Source: Planctomycetota bacterium (lineage in GTDB: Bacteria; Planctomycetota; UBA8108; UBA1146). From it: DNA of 10,626 bases. The notes beneath the pieces were generated by a model. The model was given only the letters and a program-made list of their open reading frames with translations, ran no database searches and was not told the DNA's origin. Made by a program: the position numbers and the translations under genes. This document shows, piece by piece, positions 1 through 6,736 of the stretch (the stretch's first letter is position 1; every line of letters starts with the position of its first letter). The DNA lies in contig JAYZBV010000024.1 in assembly GCA_036338595.1 (NCBI GenBank), positions 1-10,626 of the forward strand, written 5' to 3'.

Positions 1-1926
1 CTCGGTGGAATAGGAGCCGACATCGATAGGCACTTCCTGCTCCACTTCGCCAGAGCCAATAACAACCGTGGTCGATACGCAGTCAGAGCCACCACCCGTC
101 ATGATCACGATGCCCTGGTAGACATGGGTTCCCGGCAGCACACCCTGGTCGAGCCAGCCACTCTCGGTGCCATCGATCGGTACCGGATCGCCGGCTACAC
201 CGTCAGTGACGCGGGTGATCTCGTAGAAATCCGGGGAGGCCGCTGTTGGATGGGACCAGGTCCACTCCAGCTGGACGAAGTGGTTATCGTCGACGATGAC
301 CGCTTCACCGGTGAAGGACTCCAGTGGCGGCACATAATCAGGAACCACATCGGTCGGATCGTCATCCCCATCGAACGGGTTCGATCCAGATTCCAGTTCG
401 TTGCGGTTGGTGTATCCATCGGCGTCGTAATCGGCCTCACCTTTAGACAGTGCCGCAGGAATGCCGCCGCCATCGCTGGTGAGAAGAATCGTCTCTCCGA
501 CGAAGGTGAGATCGGTCACCACTTCTCCCGCACTGTTGTAGGAAGTGAGAGTAGCATCGCCAGAACCAGGGTCCTGACCGGCGATCCACAGTAGACCGGA
601 TCCATCCCAGGAGATGAAGTCGCCGCCTCTGGAGTGAGTCACTGTCGGCAAGTCGCTGACAACGTTGTCCTCACTCCAGTCGTAGATGAACACCTCGTTG
701 CTCGATGAGTTGAGAACCGCCAGGCGGTCATGACGCACTCCATCGACGGTGGCGGCCGCCGTCACGGCGATTCGCGTTGTCGCCGTCGATGGCGGTAACG
801 TCCGGACGTGATCGAGGGTACCGTCGGTAACTCGCTTCTCGATACGATCCGGCAGCAGTACGTAAACCGCACCGTCAGCGTTACTGCTACCCGCGATATC
901 AGCGATGGTATTGCCAGCACCCATATCGACATCGACGATCACATTGCCCTGACCGTTGAGACGAAACAGACGCTCCTGGCCAGCGGCCCACAGGCCGTAC
1001 GAGGCGGGGTTTTCAGACGCGAAGCTGGTAATCACACCGACTTCAACAGCAGCACCTAGCGCCCCGTCCTCGGGGCTATCTCCAACTCCGTCACCTCCGT
1101 AGAGGATGGTTCCATCGCCATAGATCACTTGCAGGGTTCCATCTGCGTGGGCGACCAAGACACCATCGCCGCCAAGTGAAGCGACGGCCGTGGGAGAGAC
1201 TCCTGTGGGGATCTCGGCGATGATGGTACCGGTACGACCGACGTGAACAACACTCTGGGCTGAACCGACCAGTATCCACGAGGCACCATTGGTGGAGATC
1301 ACGAAGTCGGTGGGTGCTCCCGCTGGTAGAACTCCCGTCTCCTCGAGATTTCCGGAAGGACGGTGCGCCCGGTAGACGCCGTTGGAGACGGTACGGATTC
1401 GGTTGGTCGGGACACCGGATGGAATCGGTCCCAGGACATAAACAGCCCCTGAAACCAGATTCGGGGTGATCCGTCCGCCGGTTGGATCGGTGAACTCGGG
1501 ATCAATCGGTGGATTACCAGTGCTTCCCGGGGTGACAGCCCCGACCGGAGCCACAGCTGCAGGCTCGACATCGTAGATGGCCAGAGCCACCAGGCGAGGC
1601 CCGCCCGCCGGAATGACTTGCTGCAGTTCGTAATCGATGAGGACACCGATGGCGAGACCATCGGCAGTCGTGACGATACCGACGAAATCAGCCGCCACCG
1701 GTCCGGCATACTGCATCGTCACTGCCTGGAGGACCGCCGGATCGTGAATCAAACCGAAGGAAAACGCCACGATGGGGACATCGTTCTCGATGGTGACATC
1801 GAGAATCGCCACCTCACCCGGCTGAGCGGCGGTGGTTCCGACCGAGATGACGTTATCTGCCCAGGCCGGCGCGGCCAGTAGCACACACGTCAGTAGAGAC
1901 ACAAGAGACAGGCTCTGCGTCCTCAT
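1..1926 (-). CDS. Large secreted modular protein, 3' end outside the window (642 aa visible): signal peptide, cohesin-like domain, beta-rich/propeller-like region, Ca-binding DxDxDG repeat, FN3-like domain
   Basis: Manual translation gives an open frame from ATG at 1926 to position 1 with no stop, so the ORF track missed it. GGAGG lies 6 nt upstream. N-terminus MRTQSLSLVSLLTCVLLAAPAWA|DNV is a Sec signal with an AxA site. It is followed by 'AAQPGEVAILDVTIENDVPIVAFSFGLIHDPAVL...LVSGAVYV' (cohesin-like), 'DYDADGYTNRNELESGSNPFDGDDD' (358..432) and 'VQLEWTW...FYEITR...WLDQGVLPGTHVYQG' (FN3-like, ~58..333). Confidence 0.88.
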   Translation of the reverse strand, partial: MRTQSLSLVSLLTCVLLAAPAWADNVISVGTTAAQPGEVAILDVTIENDVPIVAFSFGLIHDPAVLQAVTMQYAGPVAADFVGIVTTADGLAIGVLIDYELQQVIPAGGPRLVALAIYDVEPAAVAPVGAVTPGSTGNPPIDPEFTDPTGGRITPNLVSGAVYVLGPIPSGVPTNRIRTVSNGVYRAHRPSGNLEETGVLPAGAPTDFVISTNGASWILVGSAQSVVHVGRTGTIIAEIPTGVSPTAVASLGGDGVLVAHADGTLQVIYGDGTILYGGDGVGDSPEDGALGAAVEVGVITSFASENPASYGLWAAGQERLFRLNGQGNVIVDVDMGAGNTIADIAGSSNADGAVYVLLPDRIEKRVTDGTLDHVRTLPPSTATTRIAVTAAATVDGVRHDRLAVLNSSSNEVFIYDWSEDNVVSDLPTVTHSRGGDFISWDGSGLLWIAGQDPGSGDATLTSYNSAGEVVTDLTFVGETILLTSDGGGIPAALSKGEADYDADGYTNRNELESGSNPFDGDDDPTDVVPDYVPPLESFTGEAVIVDDNHFVQLEWTWSHPTAASPDFYEITRVTDGVAGDPVPIDGTESGWLDQGVLPGTHVYQGIVIMTGGGSDCVSTTVVIGSGEVEQEVPIDVGSYSTE

Positions 1927-1932
1927 CTGAAT

Positions 1933-1937
1933 CCTCC
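1933..1937 (-). promoter_or_regulatory. Shine-Dalgarno site of the secreted modular protein
   Basis: Minus strand reads GGGGAGGattcagATG. Confidence 0.75.
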
Positions 1938-2099
1938 CCGGGGCGAACCCCGAACCAACCCGTTATCTCCCCCGTGGCCTGGATCTTCCGAAAATCGTAC
2001 CGAAAGCGTGTAAACGCCCTCCAAAAGGGCCTATCGGCGAATTCACACGGGCGGTGCGGACAGGCGGAAAAACCCTCCACATAGCATTGTACGGTTAGA

Positions 2100-2122
2100 T
2101 CCGATTCCTGAAAGGAACCGGA
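2100..2122 (-). other. Inverted repeat/hairpin (possible terminator, 3' stabiliser or operator)
   Basis: Minus strand TCCGGTTCCT-TTC-AGGAATCGGA forms a 10-bp stem with one G-U pair, 36 nt after the STAND gene stop. There is no U-tract directly after it. Confidence 0.4.
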
Positions 2123-2158
2123 CAGGAGAGTTCGGAGTATTTTTGGTGCCTGCGGGCG

Positions 2159-5100
2159 TTAAATACGACCTAGGCGGGCTTTCAGGAAGCGTCGACGGTC
2201 CGATGCCCGCTGAATTCGCGCTGCACGCTGCTCAACTGCCACAACAGCCCGTTCTTCCCACTTTTCGCGTTCCTCGGATCCGTCCTCCTCGAGACTGGCG
2301 CGAGCCGAGATGACCATGTCGAGGGGGGCCCCGGGGGGCAATTCCTGTTCATCGAGAATCGGCGCCAGCACTCCGAGAGCCCGTTCCCGATCGGGTGCCA
2401 CCAGTGCCAGGGAGGCCCCGAGCAGGCATCGTTGTCTCGAGAAGGCGAGTCCCTCGCACTGTTCCAGAACGTCTCGAACCTTGCCGAATTCCTGCCCATC
2501 GAGTTGCCCGCCACTCAACTGCCGATGGCGACAATAGAGGGTGTTCCACAGCACCAACGAGTCCAATTCGCGCTCCTCCACCATCTGGGCCAGTGGCGAA
2601 AGATCGACCGCCTCGGGATCGTTTCCCGCCGAGAGCTGGTTGAGCCCCTCGCGGATCTGGCCTTCTCGAATCAACGCCGCACTTTTCACCTCGCGAGCGA
2701 TGGCCAGTCCCGCGTCGTTGGCAGAGGAGGCACCTTGCCAGTCACCCATCGCCGCATGGATGTCGACCCGATCGAAGTGGCTGCGAGCTTCCCCCAGACG
2801 GTCACCGATGGCGTGTCGCACTTCGATGGAGCGCTGGTAGCAATCGGCAGCTATATCGAAGCGCCCCAGTAAACGTTCCACCTCACCCAGGTTTCGGTAG
2901 TTTCTCCCCAGTCCCATACGATTCTGGATCAACCGATAGGTATTGATCGCTTCCCGGTATATCCCCCCCGCTTGCTCCAGATGACCCTGGTAGAAATCAA
3001 CGCTGGCCAACCCCACCCGGATGATCGTCTCCATGTCCAGGAGACCGAGCCGATGAAAGATCTCCATCGAACGGGAGTAATTCTCGCGGGCCGCATCGAA
3101 CTCTCTCATTCGAAGACGAATATTGCCGAGGTTACCGAGCAACCGCGCCTGGCCCAGTTCGTCATCCATCTCCTCGGCGATGCGAATCCCCTTGAGATAT
3201 TCGTCGACCGCTTCATCGAGACGACCTTGCTTGGCGAGTGCCAGGGCAAAATTGATCTGGAACTTCTGCGCGATCTGACTGGTTCCCGATCGCTCCACCG
3301 CCTCACGCAACTCTTCCAGGATCCGGATCGAATCCTCCGCATACCCTTTTCGGTCGCAAATCTCCGAGTGCAGGATCTGTTTCTGTAAATAGATTTCGTC
3401 GCCAGAATCAGCACCGATCCGCAGCAGATACTTTTCAGCAGAATCCTGGTCCCCCAGTTTGACGAAAACTCGCGCGGCACTGAGCAGGTAACTGCCCTGA
3501 TCCGCCTGCGACAGGACCGCACCATCGGAAGAGGCACGTTCGATCGATTCAGCCAGTTCCTTGCCCTCGACGTAGCGCCCTTGCTGTAGTCGCCGCTCCA
3601 GAGCAGGAAGTAGATACTCGACCGCCTGGATTCCCTGACCCGCCTCGAGCAGCAATCGACCGATGGGCCCGGCCCGTTCGGCGACATCGCCCTGAAGTTC
3701 AATCAGCACCTTGGCCAGTTCTCGACGGCGGCGTAGCGCCGCACGACGACCGCGTCCCTCGAACACGGTGATCACCGCGGCTCGTGCCGATTCGGTTCGA
3801 AAACGATAGAGGGTCAGATCGGAATCTACCGCTTCACCCAGTCCGTCGGTCTCGAAACGATCGAGCGTATCGTCGAGTAGATCTGCATCGCCATAGAGTC
3901 GCTCGAGCACCTCGACCGAGATATCGCCCTCGATCAATGCTGCGGTCTCCAGCACTTCAGCCTGCTGGTCGGGGAAACGGGAGATCGACTCGGCGAAAAG
4001 GTCGCTACGGCGCGCAGGCAACTTTTCGGAGAACTCCTCTCGACGCGGCGGGTCTCCGGCAATCTGCCAATGACCCTCGGACAGGGGAGTAAAGATGCCA
4101 CTTCCGGTGGGACCGAGAGTCCGGACCAGATCGATGGCAAAACCGATGTTGCCGGCAGCTCGTTCGGTCAAAGAGGAGGCCAACCAGGGGATGTCGTCAC
4201 GGAAAGGTGCCGATGGATAGGCCAGATCGAGCAACTCCTCGACAGCGCTCTGATCGATCGGGTTGACGTCCAGAATCTGTAACGGGACCTCTCCGCCCCA
4301 CCCCTCGGGACGATCGGTTCGATCATTTTCTCCGCGCTCGGTGCAGGCCCCGAACAGGATCGGCACACGATCCTGGACGCAGCGGGCAATCAGACCCGTG
4401 AACAGTCGCGCTGAATCAGCATCCGCTTTTTCCAGATCATCGATGGCAACGAATAGCGGCGATTCGCGCGCGGCACTGGCGAGCAACCGGTACCACCAGA
4501 AGGAGCGCATCTGTTCCGAGGTCTGCTCCAGCGACCCTTCCCCGGTCAGTTCGTCGAGGAAAAAAGAGATCGCAGCCACGTCCTCGCCGAGTAACTCCTC
4601 GAGCGTCTGGGCCGCCGTTTCACGAAGATCAAGGTCGTCTGTTTCCAGTAATGACACGCCCAGGAGTTCCCGTAACAGATCCTGGAAACCCTTGTACGGC
4701 TGGCCCGCCGCTCCGCGGAATGTGCCCTGAACGTCCCGGACTCCACGATGGCGAACCTGCCGCGATAGTTCTGCCAGGAAGGCACCGGTTCGTTGTCCCT
4801 CGGCTCCACCGATGAGCGTGGTCGCACCAGGACGCACATGGGGATCGAGATGATCGAGCACCGAGCCGAGCAGATCTTCTCGACCGACCAGCGGCATCGG
4901 ATCGGCATCGCGAATCCGGATGGGTCCTTCCGGCTCTACCGTCACCGGGCGCGCATCGAAGGAAGAAAGCACCTCGACGACAGGAGGAGCGATGGTTCCG
5001 CTGCGGAGAGGCTCTGCACCGAGTAGCCACACCTCCCGTTCTCCGGCACCAACCTCTTTCTGTTCTGGGATGGTATCTTCGCTCCAGCGCCAGCCAGAGC

Positions 5101-6136
5101 ACTCCGGTAACTGAATGCTACATCGAACAGATACCGGCGAGCGGTTCCCCAGTACCAAGCGCACCCATAGTTTCTCCCCCATGGTGATGTTGTCGCGCAG
5201 GGCATGACCTCGGATCGAGATCCGACCCGTGACCACCTCGGCAGAACTTCCCTCTGCCGCCTCGATGCTGAGATTCTCGGTGAAGACGGACTCGAGCAGT
5301 GCTGTACCGTCTCGGCGAGATCTCTGACCTGATGCAAAGTCGATGAACTCGGTGCGCCGTTCCCTCGGAGTTCGGTCGAAGAGATAAGCGATGTCGTCCT
5401 GGTAATGGAGCATCTCGCCCAGCACGACCAGCAAATTCCCGTCGGGGCGAGAGATGTAACACTCACCCGGATCCACCTCCTGCGGGGGAGGCTGTTGTGC
5501 AGGTTGAGCCGCCTCCAGACCCTGTAGATTCAGTGCCGTTCCTTCTTCGGTGAGATCATGCACCCGCAGTTGTTGCGACCACTGGCTCATCTGCTCCAGC
5601 AGTGCTGCGGTGACCGCCTCGAACAGAGGCGCTGTATTCTCGTAATGATCGTCAGACAGAAAACCGGCGTGACCGATGAAGTCGTTTCGGTACGGAGGCA
5701 GATGTTCGATGGTCTCTTTCCAGGGAAGTGCCTTTCCTGTGCCGCGACCCGCAAGTTCCTTGACCAGTTGTCCGAACTCGAGCCGTGGAGTGGTCAGTAA
5801 CTCCCTGATGTCATCGAGCATTCCGGCAGGTCCGACGCCATTCGAATCACGCTCGGGATCACGCGCACCGTGTCGCAGCAATACCTCGACCCAGGAACCA
5901 AAGGAGGGGCGACGCAGGAAATTCTGAACTCTCTTGAGTCGGTCGACGGGCAATTGCAGCCGCGATCGCGCGGTCAGTAGCAAGATCCCCTGCCAGCGCG
6001 TGATTGCCTCGAGACTGGCGAAGGCGGCGGCGTGGCGCGACCGCGAATCGGCACCGGTAGTACGCAAAGCCTCGAGAACCCGGGCCAGGGGTCCTGGAAG
6101 GAGCTCTATGCGTGGTTCGGCACCGTCAGGCTGCAC
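2159..6136 (-). CDS. HEPN-like domain + Ig-like domain + degenerate STAND (AAA_16-type) NTPase + TPR repeat protein, ~1325 aa
   Basis: Long ORF from the track, with the start reassigned to GTG 6136 (AAGGAGGAGG 5 nt upstream; removes the overlap with groES). Motifs: RRPSFGSW (5891..5914), RNDFIGH (5669..5689), PLVGREDLL, Walker A position GGAEGQRTG (4784..4810), Walker B LFVAIDDLEKAD (4421..4456), GNI (4145..4153), YRFRT (3794..3808) and ~40-aa TPRs such as ARLLGNLGNIRLRMREFDAARENYSRSMEI. Confidence 0.88.
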   Translation of the reverse strand: MQPDGAEPRIELLPGPLARVLEALRTTGADSRSRHAAAFASLEAITRWQGILLLTARSRLQLPVDRLKRVQNFLRRPSFGSWVEVLLRHGARDPERDSNGVGPAGMLDDIRELLTTPRLEFGQLVKELAGRGTGKALPWKETIEHLPPYRNDFIGHAGFLSDDHYENTAPLFEAVTAALLEQMSQWSQQLRVHDLTEEGTALNLQGLEAAQPAQQPPPQEVDPGECYISRPDGNLLVVLGEMLHYQDDIAYLFDRTPRERRTEFIDFASGQRSRRDGTALLESVFTENLSIEAAEGSSAEVVTGRISIRGHALRDNITMGEKLWVRLVLGNRSPVSVRCSIQLPECSGWRWSEDTIPEQKEVGAGEREVWLLGAEPLRSGTIAPPVVEVLSSFDARPVTVEPEGPIRIRDADPMPLVGREDLLGSVLDHLDPHVRPGATTLIGGAEGQRTGAFLAELSRQVRHRGVRDVQGTFRGAAGQPYKGFQDLLRELLGVSLLETDDLDLRETAAQTLEELLGEDVAAISFFLDELTGEGSLEQTSEQMRSFWWYRLLASAARESPLFVAIDDLEKADADSARLFTGLIARCVQDRVPILFGACTERGENDRTDRPEGWGGEVPLQILDVNPIDQSAVEELLDLAYPSAPFRDDIPWLASSLTERAAGNIGFAIDLVRTLGPTGSGIFTPLSEGHWQIAGDPPRREEFSEKLPARRSDLFAESISRFPDQQAEVLETAALIEGDISVEVLERLYGDADLLDDTLDRFETDGLGEAVDSDLTLYRFRTESARAAVITVFEGRGRRAALRRRRELAKVLIELQGDVAERAGPIGRLLLEAGQGIQAVEYLLPALERRLQQGRYVEGKELAESIERASSDGAVLSQADQGSYLLSAARVFVKLGDQDSAEKYLLRIGADSGDEIYLQKQILHSEICDRKGYAEDSIRILEELREAVERSGTSQIAQKFQINFALALAKQGRLDEAVDEYLKGIRIAEEMDDELGQARLLGNLGNIRLRMREFDAARENYSRSMEIFHRLGLLDMETIIRVGLASVDFYQGHLEQAGGIYREAINTYRLIQNRMGLGRNYRNLGEVERLLGRFDIAADCYQRSIEVRHAIGDRLGEARSHFDRVDIHAAMGDWQGASSANDAGLAIAREVKSAALIREGQIREGLNQLSAGNDPEAVDLSPLAQMVEERELDSLVLWNTLYCRHRQLSGGQLDGQEFGKVRDVLEQCEGLAFSRQRCLLGASLALVAPDRERALGVLAPILDEQELPPGAPLDMVISARASLEEDGSEEREKWEERAVVAVEQRAARIQRASDRRRFLKARLGRI
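2684..3268 (-). repeat. About five tandem ~40-aa TPR (TPR_12/MalT-like) repeats, protein level
   Basis: Periodic units: INFALALAKQGRLDEAVDEYLKGIRI / GNLGNIRLRMREFDAARENYSRSMEI / VGLASVDFYQGHLEQAGGIYREAINT / RNLGEVERLLGRFDIAADCYQRSIEV / FDRVDIHAAMGDWQGASSANDAGLAI. Confidence 0.85.
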
Positions 6137-6141
6137 CGCGA

Positions 6142-6151
6142 CCTCCTCCTT
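6142..6151 (-). promoter_or_regulatory. Strong Shine-Dalgarno site defining the GTG start of the STAND-TPR gene
   Basis: Minus strand AAGGAGGAGGtcgcgGTG CAG CCT. Confidence 0.7.
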
Positions 6152-6280
6152 CATCCATGGTTCGGTGTCATCAAAACTCGATGCCCAGATCATAGGCTGC
6201 CAGAGGTCTCGATGAACCACTTGCAAGAGCAGGATCCTCTGGCCACCATCACCGGTAATGCGGGTATCGCAGTAATAACG

Positions 6281-6285
6281 GGAGG
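6281..6285 (+). promoter_or_regulatory. Shine-Dalgarno site of the GroES-family gene
   Basis: GGAGGtcttgATG, 5-nt spacing to ATG 6291. Confidence 0.75.
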
Positions 6286-6290
6286 TCTTG

Positions 6291-6704
6291 ATGTTCGGTG
6301 ATGGTCGAAAACTGGTAGTCGTGGGAGATCGGGTTCTCGTCGCCCCGACAAAGGGTGAGGAAAAGACCCGCGAGGGCCTCATCCTGCCGGCGAGTGCGGT
6401 CGAGAAGAACGAGGTTCAAAGTGGTCGCGTCGTCGAGGTGGGACCAGGAACCCCGATGACTCCGCCGGCCGATATTGGTGATGAGCCGTGGAAGATGACT
6501 GACCCACCATCGCTGAAGTTTCTACCACTCGAGGCGAGCGTCGGCGATCAAGTGCTATTTCTGCGCAAGGCCGCCATCGAGATCGAGTTCGCCGGCAAAT
6601 CATTTCTCATCGTTCCTCACGGAGCGATCCTGGTACTGGCCAGGGATGAAGAGAACAATCCAGAACGTGATACAGAGTTTCGTGAAGACGACTTCAAGAT
6701 CTAG
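6291..6704 (+). CDS. groES: GroES/Cpn10-family co-chaperonin, orphan long-form paralogue, 137 aa
   Basis: Cpn10 motifs VGDRVLV, mobile loop EEKTREGLILPASAVEK, GRVVEVGPG, VGDQVLF and IEFAGKSFLIVPHGAILV. ATG 6291 is preferred over TTG 6288 on RBS spacing. No groEL is adjacent. Confidence 0.92.
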   Translation: MFGDGRKLVVVGDRVLVAPTKGEEKTREGLILPASAVEKNEVQSGRVVEVGPGTPMTPPADIGDEPWKMTDPPSLKFLPLEASVGDQVLFLRKAAIEIEFAGKSFLIVPHGAILVLARDEENNPERDTEFREDDFKI

Positions 6705-6736
6705 TGGCGACTACGGCACCAACAAAAGTTGACTTG

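Noticed and set aside
124..2080. Small track ORFs at the left end (124..594, 195..473, 808..1059, 1091..1279, 1299..1709, 1618..1881, 1853..2080)
   Set aside because: Explained as shadows of the continuous minus-strand frame 1..1926; no recognisable motifs.
2159..6136. STAND gene as a pseudogene
   Set aside because: The ~4-kb frame is uninterrupted and has a strong RBS, intact TPRs and an intact RNxxxxH motif.
6137..6290. CIRCE/HrcA operator or sigma32 promoter upstream of groES
   Set aside because: No TTAGCACTC-N9-GAGTGCTAA is present. CTTGCA...CACCAT only loosely resembles a sigma32 promoter, and RpoH is a proteobacterial factor.
6137..6382. 82-aa N-terminal extension of the STAND ORF (track start 6382)
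   Set aside because: It overlaps groES head-to-head and reads as non-coding or antisense sequence. A strong RBS precedes GTG 6136. ATG 6154 remains a weaker alternative.
6705..6736. Bidirectional terminator between convergent groES and cyclase genes
   Set aside because: Only a 4-bp stem (CAAC-AAAA-GTTG), too weak to call.
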